This document shows positions 13,106 to 28,040 of a stretch of DNA of 64,000 bases, piece by piece; position 1 is the first letter of the stretch; each line of letters opens with the position of its first letter. The DNA comes from Octopus vulgaris. Its lineage: Eukaryota. A program made the position numbers and the translations under genes. Under the pieces are notes generated by a model. The model was given only the letters and a program-made list of their open reading frames with translations. It did no database searches and was not told the DNA's origin. The stretch spans positions 84,692,001 through 84,756,000 of the forward strand of contig OX597815.1 of assembly GCA_951406725.2 (NCBI GenBank), read 5' to 3'.

Positions 13106-14517
13106 GAAGTATGATACAAGTGATTGTTTGGTTCAGTCATTTTATTTTTACCACAGTTATAAATCAATATTAAAAAGCTGGAAGCATAGAGTCAATATCT
13201 TATATCCAGTGTCTGCAAGTTAAACTCCTTTTTTTACCGCTAAGACAGGGGAGCGCTTATGAGCCATTATTTTTTCAAGGTTTTTGAGACTGATAGGAAG
13301 AATTTATCCTCAAATTCTCCGCCAAAGGCACTCAAATTCCAAATGTGGTATTAAACCGGGCTATGGATGAACTTTACCGACCATGAACTCAGGACGTAAA
13401 AAAGAGCGGGGAAATATGCTGCCAGACAGCATATTTCTTCTCTTTCCGCCCCATATTCAAACACTTCTATTGATCGAACAGGGAAAAGGTAGAGTTGATC
13501 TCGATAAATTTGAACTCCAAGAGCAGTTAGCAGAAACAAATGCAACAAGGTATTTTGTTCTCCGCTCTTTTGACCCTCTCAATCCGTCGCCTAAAGATAG
13601 CATCGACATTTTTTTTAAAAAAGCTTTCAGTCTATGATGAGTGTCTACAAGCTGAACTATATAGTGTGAAAAACTGTAATTGAATGCTTCACATTATAAT
13701 CTAACAGTATATAATCAATAGGTGGAGGTGGAAACTTCAATCTAGAAGTAAAGCTAGATTCGACAATATAGTTAGTAGAAGATTTCAAATGTATCATCGA
13801 TCATAGGAATTAATTAATTCTATATAAATCTTTCTAACCTCACTAAAATTGTCTTAGAGCAATGCGAAAGACACTTTCTTGTAGACAAATTTATAACTTC
13901 GTATATTATATAGAGTATTACGTAGTTTAATTTTTCTTGTAAAGTAATTGCTAATTCTATATCAAGAGGTTTTATTCTGGTTATTACCTGCCTCCTTTAT
14001 TAAATAAGCTAACATTAACTTAGTTAATGATTTTTTCCTGCAGACAACTTCTGAGAGTAATTCATTCTCTGAATATTCCTAATTTTCTACGTCAATCAGT
14101 GTACATTGCTGTATATTTACTTAATGATTCTTTCATCACTACCTTGGTAAGTATGGTGAAATATATTCTTCACTAAGAAGTGTAATAAGACCGAAACATA
14201 TCTTAAGTTGTCTTCCATACTCATCGATAGACTCAAAAAATTATTTGTGTTTGTTTCCTCCGCCTCACATCTTTCCAAGTAAGCTGTTCCATATACCTAG
14301 GTTAAGTATGAAACACTAATTAACTACTTTGATATATAAATAGTCTGATTGAGATGGTGATTGGTTTTAACGTTTCTAAAACTAATAAGTGCTAATTAAG
14401 TTGAAATCGTTATCCTTCAATCGTTGAATCTATATTTTCGTTCTAGGAATAATAAGTCAACGTTGTTTTAGTTGAACACAGAATTAATTCTTTCAGATAG
14501 TCTATGACTTGCTAAAT

Positions 14518-14918
14518 TCTCTTTTTTCTCTTTTACTTGTTTCAGTCATTTGACTGCGGCCATGCCGGAGCACCGCCTTTAATCGAGCAACTCGACCCCG
14601 GGACTTATTCTTTTGTAAGCCCAGTACTTACTCTATCGGTCTCTTTTGCCGAACCGCTAAGTAACGGGGACATAAACACACCAGCATCGGTTGTCAAGCA
14701 ATGCTAGGGGGACAAATACAGACACACAAACACACACGCATATATATATATATATACATATATATGATGGGTTACTTTCAGTTTCCGTCTACCAAATCCA
14801 CTCACAACGCTTTGGTCGGCCCGAGGCTATAGTAGTAGACACTTGCCCAAGGTGCCACACAGTGGGACTGAACCCGGAACCATGGGGTTGGTAAACAAGC
14901 TACTTACCACACAGCCAC
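14518..14918 (-). mobile_element. SINE family A copy
   Basis: Near-identical reverse complement of 11216-11631. Confidence 0.92.
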
Positions 14919-16219
14919 AAATAAATAGTTTTCATTAAGATACTGAACTGAAAATAATACGCTTCTACTAAATCGTTGGACCTATTTGTTCAATGTTGGG
15001 AAGGGTTTCCAACACAACATCTTTTAAAGCGAAGCTAGAAATTTGTTTTTTAAAGTACTTATTAATGAATTATAATGCCTAATTACTGATGTATTGTTTC
15101 TTGATTAGGGTAATATAAAATTAGTATGAATAATCTAGGATTATGTAACAAATATCTTCAGTAATTATACTGTTACTACTACAATCAGCACAGAGAAGAG
15201 TTGACTATGTAGCTGCTCTATACAAGATAATTATGTAGTTAAAAAGCCACTACGGCCTGTCTTGCCTTGGTTTCTTACACCCCATAAATTCACTTTTATT
15301 CTGCATAAAATTCTTTTAAAAATTTATGACAATCTGCAGTTTGTGCATGAATGTTAATTCATTCAGAATTGTTGCATCTAAACCATCAAGATAGTTCAAG
15401 CTTCATAAAAAGTCACAAAAAATGAAAAGAAATATAAAACGTAATATAAAGTTTTTTTTATGTGTGGGTGTATGCTCGTATGCATCTGTCTTCTTATTTT
15501 TACAAAATACTGTACTAATTTACATAATTAAACAAAATTTTTTTTTTTCTGATTACTGTCTTCTAATGTATATTGCAACGCTCCTGTTTCAAGCTAAAAT
15601 GAACAAATTTCAAAAGTCGCAAAGCGTATGAACTTTTCCCTGCAAAAAATTCTTCCAATGTAAAATCTTAGCTAATAGGGCGTAAAACCACGGCCAGCAA
15701 CTTGGAACATAACTATATACATTTGCTTTATTTCTGTTATACTAAGGGATTAAATTAGTGTTAATGTACTTGGGCAAGAATCATCGAGATAAAGTAATCA
15801 GATTAATTTATAATTGTTGTTTTGGGATGATCAATTATATTTTTCTCCGCATGAGGAATCTGCATGGAATGTTGGAATTCTTTTCCCTTTAGAGCAAACA
15901 AGCAACTTATTCTAATTTTTTTATCTATGTCTATTTAATAACGATTTATAAACTGAATTTATTAAAGCAACATGTACGAAAGGAAAAGGTGTAACCAGCG
16001 GGTAAAATAGTGATAGATTGTTATTTCATCCAAATCCTTTACACAACAGACCCTTAGTTCATCATTCGCAATCAGTCAACGAATTATAAGCCCTATGGAC
16101 TAAAGGAAACTTGGAGGGGTCTTCTAATTGTCTACTCCGTGTAGAACTGACGAGTAAAATATTTTGAGAAGAGATAACTGGCACTTGTGACACTTAACTA
16201 AAAGTAGTTGAAACCAGAT

Positions 16220-16460
16220 TATAGACATTGTGTCCCGTAATCATGTCTCAAAGAAACTCTACCACGATTGTAACACACATAAGAGATAATTAGTAAATGC
16301 TTCCCAGCAAAGACATACATTGGGCAAACATCGTGGAAGAAAATAGCAAGCCTTAATGTAATAAATAAACAGTTCCCTACTTTAAAGGAAAGCCAATATT
16401 TGTAGGTGAAGGATGTAGTCACTCGATACTTTTCTTCAGCTTATAGTTTCCGTAACCATC
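16220..16460 (+). pseudogene. Possible degraded PLE GIY-YIG endonuclease fragment
   Basis: LCPVIM...DCNTHK..KCFPAKTYIGQTS (YIGQT at 16316-16330). Only a few motifs survive. Confidence 0.4.
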
Positions 16461-16464
16461 TACA

Positions 16465-16539
16465 AGGGGCGATAAAATGTAAGCAAGTGAGAGGCGATAA
16501 AATGTAAACAAGTGAGGAGCGATAAAATGTAAGCAAGCG
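16465..16539. repeat. 25-bp minisatellite, 3 copies
   Basis: AG(G/A)(G/A)GCGATAAAATGTAA(G/A)CAAG(T/C)G x3. Confidence 0.9.
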
Positions 16540-17916
16540 CCACACAAAGCAAAATCCTACAATGCATTTATTCCGCCATTTTATTTCCTTCAGTTTTGTG
16601 CCAAAACACTGGATATTGTTTTGTTTCATTTTTATATATATATATATTTATAGAGGCCCAGTTTCGTATGGCAGAAGAATAGAAATTGTTGCCGCTGTTT
16701 AGTTCCTGCTCAACTCTTTTTATGTAGACCTATGAGTAAAGACCTTCCATGTGTGGTCATCTTATATTTCATATATCCAAAACTGCGTCATTCAATGCTT
16801 CCTTTTCTAATAATCACTCATATGGAAGAGTTAGCTGATATTTCCAACGTTGGTGCGTGATGAAATTTAATGCAGAATCATGACCAGATTTCAAGTCAAT
16901 GCCTCTATAGTTTACAACAACCAACTATTTACTCAGAGCTGTTACATAACGCTGAATATTTATTCGAATATTTATAAAGATGTTACATTTTTGTAGAAGA
17001 GTAAATGCTTAGAAATGAAATGTTCATTTCCTTTGCCAATGGGGTCAAATGAGTCCTGCAAGAGATTGAATTCGTATCACGATTCGTGCATTGTCTTTTG
17101 TGATTTTGTCTTGTTCAACAGTACTTGCGTAATAGATTAAGAAACTCACATAATCAGTTAGTCAACCTGCCACTGCTGTGATACCTAAAACTGGATGAAT
17201 GAACAATTTTGTTTATATATTATAAAAGATAGCGGATAGTAAGATAACACTGTTGGTTCTCTCTCTTTCGATTATTAAAATACTGAATCGAAGATCGATC
17301 CTGCCCTGTGCTCTAGTATTTAGATATCGTCTTGATATACGGTCCTAAAATTGAATTTTAGACAAGAAGAATCGATTTTTATTTAGTTACAAATAAGATT
17401 AGGTATCGACGTTATATATATATATATATATATTTGAAACATCAGAGAGATGATATACTTCTATTGCTAAAACATAATTGATACGTTGAGACAACCAATC
17501 AAAATTATCTCCGAACTTCATTGAGGACAGATTTGATTCAAGATCATAGTACAGTCATATAGGTTCATATCTGCTTTAGAAAATACAGAGAATATCTAGC
17601 TTGGCCTTCAGTAACTCAATCCTATTTACTGGTTACCGTCTAGAGGAAATTAAATGTCGTTCGAGGTTTAGAGTCTTTCAGCTTAACGTAAAATGAAAAA
17701 TTTCTCTTTCGTTTTCTTTCTTTTTCTATTTCTTTTTCTCTCTTCTCCTATTCTGCTATTTATCATTCTCCTTTTTCTTTTCCTTTTCTTTTTTATCTTC
17801 CAATTTATTCCTTTCACTGAAGTGATACGGTTCACGGAACACTACCATCAACAAAACAACGTAAGATGTATTCCGAACAGCACAACTTGAAAATCCAAGG
17901 CGGTATCACATAATCG

Positions 17917-17983
<67 letters not shown>
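17917..17983. repeat. (TAA)n microsatellite; another at 18571-18654
   Basis: Directly visible. Confidence 0.95.
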
Positions 17984-17985
<2 letters not shown>

Positions 17986-18567
17986 GTCTCTGTCATCGTC
18001 GTTATCACGGTAGCAGTAGTTTCTGGGGATAGCGAGAACGAAGAGGTGGGGGGAGGAGAAGAAGGAGACGAGACCAAGTGAAATTTAGTTCATTGTATTA
18101 GCCGTCAGATGTGAATTATCAAATGTGATATTTTTCTTGAAGTCACGGTTAATAAAAATACTTCTGATAGCATCACTTCCCATGGCGCTCTAAGTGCCAC
18201 TAAGTTAATTAAATTCTATACTTTTACTTCAAAGAGAAAATGAAGAGTAAGAAAATAAATAGATAAACAAAAAAAATAATGATTCAATCTAGAAATCAAC
18301 TGGAAATTAACTTTGCCTCGATGTCTATTAAGAAATAATGGTAAGTGAAAATGATATAATAAAAGTAATCGTATTGACTCATATATTGACTGTACATAGA
18401 GAGATTGGTGCTTAACCTCGAAGTTACTTCAAAATCCCTACTGTTGACGTCTTTGCTAGTAATAAATGCACAATTCTGGTAGCAATGGTTTATAACACTG
18501 CTGACAGTGTGCCAATCTTGAATGTATCTGATGGTGGAAATATCGATCAAACTTCTTCAATTTATGC

Positions 18568-18656
<89 letters not shown>

Positions 18657-19834
18657 GCTGCATCAACACAACAGTTCGAATCGAATCAATAATAATTGTG
18701 GTCGAACCATTGATTGATCGAATGAAAATGTTTCCAAGTGTAATGGAATATTAAGTACTGCAGGAATAAAAAATATATATAACTTTCAAGTTTTATTTGA
18801 ATCAATGTTTATGCAATTATTTTCGTTGTTTTTCTTTTTAGTGTCATTGCGTTCTCACTTTGTCAGGAAACATTTTTTTTCAAGGAAAGCGTACGATGAA
18901 TTGAATCGGCCTTGAGATATGAAATAATTTTTGCTGTCTAAGAAGATGGGTTTGAGAGATATTGTATGTGAAGCCTAGATAAGTGAAAGTGCAGAAAATT
19001 GCACTTTGAAATCTACTAGAATTCTTCGCAAAGGCCTTGAGAACAGAGAAGAAATTTAGTATGTTACCAAACCTCAGGTTTTATTAATTCATGTCATCGG
19101 AGTTTCTTTTCTTTTTATTTTACAGCAATAAGGAGTCTTTATCACTACTCACAAAACCAGTTTTTGTATAAATGGAACAAACTTGAGTGAATCGATCCCG
19201 TGGCTAAAGTCATTGCTTCTATGATACGAACACTTGGAATAGTAAAACATCTTGAACAAAGTTACCAAGAATATGTTATTCGCTAGTCTGTCTGAATCAT
19301 TGACACTGATGTTGCTTTTGTACTTGTGTAGACAGCAGTCAGCTACGATCGAACAAACTTATGATGTCGAGGTTCGGAGAGACTTGACATTATATCTGAA
19401 AATATAAATTAACTGTCATAATCAAAGAAAATTTTCTGTCTCGACTAAAGAGACAAGCTACTATCGTGACACTGCTTCTATTCACAGATGACTTAACTTA
19501 TTACATTTATGCCACTGATTGCCTTCACTGATTACCTGACCATTTCTGCTAACTTTATGATCTGTTTATTAAATACAATGATAGTATTTTGGACTGCTAA
19601 CTGAACATGTATTGATAATAGTTACGTTTACACATTGCTCCGACCTCCGATCGTTATCGGGTATCTTATCTCTAGACGAGGTGTAATACTTCTCTTATCC
19701 ATTAAGCTATCAATGTACGTGTAATAATGACTGTTGTTTAAGGTTATGTAAATTTATCTTTCTATAATGGTAGTCATATTCAACTGATTAACAACTCATT
19801 ATTTTATCCGCAAATGTTATATATGCTGCTGCTG

Positions 19835-19867
<33 letters not shown>

Positions 19868-20199
19868 TCACTACTACTACTACTACTACTACTACGACGA
19901 CGACGACGGTTTTTCTCAGTTTTGACTGCAGTTATTTAACAATGATGGTGGTACGTGTTTTTTCTCCTTTTTGTATCATATATGTTCAGTCATTCATAGT
20001 GTTAATGTCTCTCCTTCCAATGAGACTTTCTGATGCTTTTCTGTAATAAAAGTTTAGGAGCCACCCATTTTTTCTGTCATAAAACCTTCCAGAAATGCAT
20101 AGGATGTTATAAATTCTATATACTTGCCACTAATGGGTAGGTTTAATATTGGTGAATATTTTGCGAAGTGTTACTTTTGAATACTTTTTATAATGCTAG

Positions 20200-21060
20200 T
20201 CAAGAGGAAGGAACTGAGCTTAAGACTTTGGCAAGCTTTTTCAGACCTTTGAGATTGGTGCGGTTGATGTTCCGGTTGAACGAATGCAAGACAACAGTTG
20301 AAGGGGAAAAGTGGTTAGAAGTGGATTTCCAGAAACTATACATTCTGAAGAAGGATTGAATAAACAGTTAGAGCGAAACCTTGGAGGAAAGACGTATAAT
20401 GGGTGACGAGAAGCAAAAAGATGGATATGTTGGACGGGTATCAGTGGATTTGGCGCAAGTGATAAGTATCTTTGGGGTAGAAGAGTGACAGTAGAAGAGT
20501 GACAGTGAGGTAGACAGCATGTTTGCGTATTGAGGTCGGCATGCGTGGTAAACGATTGTAATGAAACACCTTTGCAATCACTCAAATGGTCTTTTGTGGG
20601 GGTATATTGTGTACATAGCGCAATAGTGCTGTCCCACACGTGGAATTAGCATTCCAATATGAGTCTCAGATCAGACCCATAATGGCTCGCAGACGATTTT
20701 CATGGCTGGAGTATTTTCAGGATCTGAAAGGAAATTTATTTTTGGAGACGCAGTTTATACTATAGTGCGAACGGTGAATCTCAATAAGATAGAACAAGTC
20801 ATTGAGAATTTGAAGTGGCTCTGTTTTAACTGTATATGTTCCAAGAATAGAAAACGTGACAGGGCTTTTGTAATGATGGAAGTAACACGACGGACGGAAT
20901 GTTATCGAGATATCTATGGAGACTGTAGATTTGAAGTGAGATGTTTAGGATGCATGTTCGGGTAGTTAAGGGGCGTGAAGAGTGGTACTATCTACAATGT
21001 TCGATGAAAGTGAGCGTTGTTAAAAGTGACAGCAAGCAGTTCATCAATATAGAGGAGTAA
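20200..21060 (-). mobile_element. Degraded CR1/Jockey-group LINE, RT C-terminal half and 3' end
   Basis: Minus-strand LLYIDELLAVT (=FLLYINDL), ILEC*FHVWDS (=LEYCSHVW) and SLSLFY, in the expected order with frameshifts. Confidence 0.7.
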
Positions 21061-22643
21061 GAATGAAATTGACTACATAATTGACTATATAATTTCTATA
21101 CTTTTATTTTAAAGGCCTATGCATGCAAATAATCCTTTTTACAGCAAAATATATGCTCATTAGAGGATTGAATCTGTAAGACTTCAAGAATTATTCAACA
21201 TTCTTGCTTCCATATTATTACGGCAAGTAATCAAGAAACATTTGGTATTGTATTTTACATCTTTCTTACAACTAAGCTCCAAGCATTAATTGAAGCATAA
21301 ACATACTTACTTAAACGTATTGCCTCTGTATAGGAAAGTATTAAAAAATTTTAGGCTTTAATTCTCCGTTTCAGATGAGTTTCGAAAGTTAAATCATTGA
21401 AAGTTAAACGCCTGGGGGATGGGAAAATAAGGTATTGTTATATTGTTGTCGGCCGTTGCTAGCGGTATTGTAGCAAATAGTGATACCTTTTTCTTGCTGA
21501 TCCTGCTCTTGCTGGCGATGCTCTTAGAGGTGTTGCTGAAGGTGCAAGAATTTTGTGCCGCCAATCCAAAAATCTGAAAAATTGCTAAGTCTTTCATTTG
21601 ATACGAATGAAAAAAGTTTGACAGCACTTATACTCTTTTGGTTAAATATCTTCCATAGCTGTGTGATTTTAATACTTTAAATTTTTACTTTACAAAGTAG
21701 TTGTTGCGCAAGACATAGAGGCCTAGATGGTAAATTCGTATTTTGAACCTAATGTTTTCGTTGTTTTATTCTGTGTTAATACCGATCAAGTAGGCTTATG
21801 ATCTAAAGCATTTCGTCTGTGACATCACCATAGTTATCATAGGCACAGTGCACTCTGGATCACATTCTCCAATGTTATTTAAAATGTATGCAATTTGAGG
21901 GACATTTGATTATTATTTTTAACGCGTTAAACGGCCATTCACACACGCTGCTTTCTCGTAAAATCGTGTTTTTGTAGTGTTAAACGAATAAAGAATAAAT
22001 ATATCTTTCCCCACAGAACAAGACGTTGATCTATTCCCAAACAATCTTTAACCAGTAACATTTTAGTATCTAGACACGATATCTGAGAGAATCAAGCTGA
22101 TTCGAATCAGAAAACTCAATAAGATCGCAGCATTTCATTCAACTTATGCCACGAAACTTATAAACTTATGACCAAACTCTATAAACTAATCTTCCATTTT
22201 GCCCTGTTACCAATGTAATATAGTCGAAAGAAGAACCAATCTAATACTTTGCTGATACTATTACGTCAGAACATGAAAATAATTGAACTAAAATTAGCAA
22301 TTTCTTCACTATTCACTATGTATAGGAAAATCGAATACTGATCAATAAATGGCTTTACGATGATGCATGTGATATCGATATGTAGTGATGATGAAGAAAT
22401 GACAGTTAATATAGGAAACCCAATTTCAGACACTCTCCACTTCTCTTTGATATTACGCACAGTTATGGTTTTTAAAACACGAAGTCTTCTCGTATTAATT
22501 GCCTACCATTAGTAAACTTCAAGTTGAATTTGGTAACATAAGCGCAGAAATTAATGTGATGTTCAGAATGGAGTGCACAATCACAAACCACACACACATA
22601 AAAACAAGGCTTTATCATTCAGTATATATTTCTGACTTACTCA

Positions 22644-23000
<357 letters not shown>

Positions 23001-23641
23001 CATATTTATATACATACCATTTGAAGACACGTTATATTTGAACTGCTCATTCATACCCTTATAAGTGTATCTATACTTGAATCAATATCTATATAATTGT
23101 GTATATATATATATATACACGTATGTGCATATAAATTACTCCATTACTTCAGATATACATTTGTTTTTATGTACTTGCCTCAACGCTTTTATATATATGT
23201 AATTTTGCATGTCCATTATACGAGCGCCAATACATTTGTGAATGCGTGAACGTGTGTGTAGGTGTGTGTGTGTGCGTCTGTGTTCATGTGTGTACATGTC
23301 TGTATGTATGTCGTCGTAAGTGTGTACATGTACGTGAGCGCATGTACGGGTGGTAACATGTATGCTAATTGAAGAAGTCGAAATAGAGAACTTCTTTTAG
23401 AGGAACAGGAACTTACACAATGTACGTATTCTTAGAATATTCTCCACTAATGGCTCTGAATGAAGAATAGAAAGAGGTTTGTACGAAACTGGATTTGTGA
23501 CGCAAGAACAAAATGCCAAATAAGCATTTCCGTAGTTGCCGATATGCGATCAAAGAAAGAAATAACCTATGGATTATACATGTATAAATATAGATAGATA
23601 GAGAAAGAGAAAGAGAAATGGAGAGAGAGAGAAAGAGAGAG

Positions 23642-24605
<964 letters not shown>

Positions 24606-24610
24606 TGTAT

Positions 24611-25140
24611 GTCTCTTCTATTTTTTAATTATTATAAATCTTCCACTGAGAAGGGAGCCGGTTTCCAACAAAGATGCAAGGCTCCATCTTTGGGATGTAG
24701 TTAATGCAGACATATTTAGATGTGGAACTTGAGAAAAGTCTTTCATAATTTTACTGTTCCACTCACAGATGTACGAATCAACCGGTCAATTTCTCTTTCT
24801 GAAAATTCCAGTTTATCCAGATTCTCCTTTAAGCATTTACTAACAAAGCCTAGTGCTCCAATTATTATTGGTATGAATATGAATTCATAGTCTGGATATA
24901 GATGCTGTGGTTTCCATATCCATCGATATCCTATTCTTTGACTTTTCTGAGATATCTGCAGGGTAGTTAACCTCTATGATGGTACATTGCTTTGCCCCTC
25001 TATTCCAAAGAACAATATCCCGCCTGTTAAGCTTACATTTGATGGGAATGAATATTTCACCAGTATTCCTTGAGTTGGTGTTTATGAATGTATTCCATAA
25101 CAGGGATTTATTAAGTTTATTTCAGGACAGTCTTTTTGCG
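24611..25140 (-). mobile_element. RLE-type (R4/Dong-like) non-LTR retrotransposon, 5'-truncated copy 3 (diverged subfamily)
   Basis: KEYW*NI..IKCKLNRRDIVLWNRGAKQCTIIEVNYPADI (PD-(D/E)xK restriction-like endonuclease), with a 3' UTR related to copies 1 and 2. Confidence 0.75.
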
Positions 25141-25230
25141 TATGTATGTATGTATGTATGTATGTATGTATGTATGTATGTATGTATGTATGTATGTATG
25201 TATGTATATATGTATGTATATACATATGTA

Positions 25231-25583
25231 TGCCATTATTCAGTTTTATTTCAAGATTTCTTGCCAATAGATAAAGAGCAGGCTCAAACCTAGATCCAAG
25301 GGTCCTTCATTGGAATTCCAACATCAACAACAGGGTATTTTTGTATGTATATATATATACGTGCAAGTTTGTTTTGTTTTATGTATGTCTTCTCATGCAT
25401 TTATTTGCATGTCTAGACATGCTTATATATACTTAAATGATAAACTTCAGGTAAGTTTTACAGATTTTTACAGTTCCAGTGATTGGATTGGATCTGTACT
25501 CTTCGAATTAGCTTTCTCCTTTCTGGTTTTGAGAAGCGTACTTTCTCAAGATTGATATTTAGGCAGTGTGTTACATATCCCAG
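25231..25583 (-). mobile_element. RLE-type LINE, 5'-truncated copy 2 (3' ~350 bp)
   Basis: Aligns to 25686-26080 (TCTTCGAATTAGCTTTCTC, AAGTTTTACAGATTTTTACAGTTCCA, TTTCTTGCCAATAGA). Flanked on both sides by (TATG)n. Confidence 0.85.
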
Positions 25584-25685
25584 TATGTATGTATGTATGT
25601 ATGTATGTATGTATGTATGTATGTATGTATGTATGTATGTATGTATGTATGTATGTATGTGTGCATGAAGTCATATATGTATATA

Positions 25686-26930
25686 TGTCATTATTCGGTT
25701 TATTTCAAAATTTCTTGCCAATAGAGAAAGAACCGGTTTCTAACCTAGGTCCAAGGCTCCTTCATTAGAATTTCAAAATCAACAGCTGGGTACTTTTGTT
25801 TGTTTCTATGTATGTATGTATGTATGTATGTATGTATGTATGTATGTATGTATGTATGTATGTGCAGATTTGGTTGATTTATGTATGTATTCTCATGCAT
25901 ATAGTTGCATATCTAGGCATGCTCCTATATATTTAAATGATGAACTTCCGGAAAGTTTTACAGATTTTTACAGTTCCATTGGTGGATTGGATCTGTAGTC
26001 TTCGAATTAGCTTTCTCTTTTCTGCTTTAGAGAAGCCTTATCTCTCAAGATTGGTATTTAGGTGGTGTGTTAAATATCCCAGGACCCCAATAATTACAAG
26101 TATAAACCTGAACTTGTAATCTGGATCGAGTAACTGCAGTTTTCTCAATAGTTCAGTATAGGTGGTCTCTTTCCACTGATCTTCAGCTTTATGCTAACAT
26201 CCGTTGGGAAGCTAATTTCCACAATCCCAAATCATTACATCAGGTCTGTTGTGCTTACATTTTATTGAAGTCTTCACTGGTGCATTCCACCCGTATTCCC
26301 TTTTTTATGAGTGGCTATGGCTTCTACCATATTGTGGATTCTCGTTTCTTTGTCCTCAGGATTATCCTCCAGACGGATTTCATTATAGAGTGTCCTAGCT
26401 ACAACATCATCTCTCATCCGTAGATAATACCGTGATGACATTTTCGGACAACTGCTCATGATGTGGGTGATATCTTCAGTGTGAATTCCACAAAGTCTGC
26501 ATCACTTGTCAAGTTTAACGGCTTTTTCTGCATCTCAAACTCTTCTGTGCATCAGATACTTGGTTGATATTTCCTGTTCCTGGATTGCAAACTAATACCC
26601 TTCAAAGTGGGAGGTAGTAATCAGATGTTAAACCTCTGCCGCCTTGTTTTCGCTGTAGGTAGAAGCTGCCTACGTCACTGTTTATGTGGAAATTTTGTGT
26701 GCTTGTTAGTATTTTGGGGGTTTTCACGTTAATGGCTCGGGAGTTCTGAGGTTTATTTGTTTTTTTATTCGGCTATAATAGTATTTAGTGACATGATTTG
26801 TTACAGGTGCCATTGTAAGATATATGTTCATCCACCCCTAGATACCTGTAACATTCCTCGTCAGATACAGGGGAAACAGTTACTAGTCTGGTTTATAGTT
26901 TTCCCCTTTTTCACAACCATATAACAACAT
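25686..26930 (-). mobile_element. RLE-type (R4/Dong-like) LINE copy 1, with RT thumb, CCHC and RLE remnants
   Basis: PVSDEECYRYLGVDEHISYNG, an internal deletion, HFEGY*FAIQEQEISTKYL, CRLCGIHTEDITHIMSSCPKMSSRYYLRMRDDVVARTLY, KHNRPD.M, VEIS. Bounded by TATG/TAGG microsatellites. Confidence 0.85.
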
Positions 26931-27120
26931 TGTATGTATGTACGCATGTATGTATGTATGTATGTATGTAGGTAGGTAGGTAGGTAAGTAGGTAGGTAGG
27001 TAGGTAGGTAGGTAGGTAGATAGGTAGGTAGGTAGGTAGGTAGGTAGGTAGGTAGGTAGGTAGGTAGGTAGGTAGGTAGGTAGGTAGGTAGGTAGGTATG
27101 CATGTATGTATGTATGAATG
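26930..27120. repeat. (TATG)n/(TAGG)n microsatellite
   Basis: Directly visible. Confidence 0.95.
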
Positions 27121-27129
27121 TGTGTATAC

Positions 27130-28040
27130 AGTCTATCGAAACATTTTGACGACCAAGAGCGGAGAGAGGAAGGATGTTTCCTGAAGAATTACAGCAGAGT
27201 ATGCCACATATTCACTTGAACGTTGCCTTTGATAAAGTCACTTGAACGTTGCCTTTGATAACGTCGAGTTGACTCAAGAGCTGAAGTTTTCTGAAAATGC
27301 AAGTAGTCCAGGCATAATACACTAAAAGGATCACGTGCGAGAACTCAGGATGCACAACCGATATAACTCTGCTGCATTCCTAAGTGTTCCAGTCGGAAAG
27401 GGCGTTAAATAGGATGGTAGCATCTCTCCAAAGCGCATCGTTGCATGTTTCGGAATGATCGTCTGTTATATTGATGGGAAAAGAAGTATCAGCATCAATG
27501 ATAAGCCATTAACACACCTCTAATTCGCAGATAACAACGTGCTCACTGTAGAAATCTCAGATCAACGGCAAACCATGTCGATAACATTGGATATTCAGTA
27601 TACAGCAGCGGGCCTCAAATTAAATCGCTTGCAGACGAAATGCATATTGTCCGAAAATGTAACTCAAGCTGAACAGCAGTGGAAAGCAATGAAATTGGAG
27701 AAGTGAAAGAGTACATCTTGGAACAGACAGTTGCAATCTCGTACGGAGTAAGAGCAGAATGGAAAATGTTTGATTCGATTAAACATGTGCTCAAAGCAGC
27801 CTGCGTGCTAATATCTTCAACAGCACTGTCCATCCTACGCTTTCATACGCAAAGGAGACATGGTCTGCTACGAAGAAAGAAGAATAACGACTGACAACGA
27901 CACAGAGTACCATAGAAAGATCTCTGCTAGGAATATCATTGTGGAACATTTCTGAAACACGGCAATTCGCGAGCAGAATACCAAAAACATCAGTTCCGCT
28001 AAACTGGACATATCACAAGAATCACAGACGAATGATCTTT
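27130..28040 (+). mobile_element. Degraded RTE-clade LINE RT fragment
   Basis: FDDQERREEGCFLKNYSRVCHIFT (=QP.EQAGFR..YST.DHIFT), AFD, VGKGVK*DGSISPK (=GV.QGD.ISPK), FADN, GLKLN, EVKEYI. Local 26-bp duplication at ~27213-27262. Confidence 0.7.

Noticed and set aside
13650-15350. AT-rich stretch as another degraded PLE RT (minus-strand QISSFA..., DLLFLERKY) and an HHR-like motif at ~14172-14205
   Set aside because: The motifs are too weak and incomplete to support by eye; a profile search is needed.
16465-16539. 25-bp repeat as a CRISPR-like array
   Set aside because: The units are contiguous with no unique spacers, there are no cas genes, and the context is eukaryotic.
25725-25775. CTAATGA...GAAACCGGTT in the RLE LINE 3' UTR as a hammerhead
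   Set aside because: The core is not CUGANGA, stem I does not pair, and related copies conserve a GAGCC/GGCTC hairpin instead.
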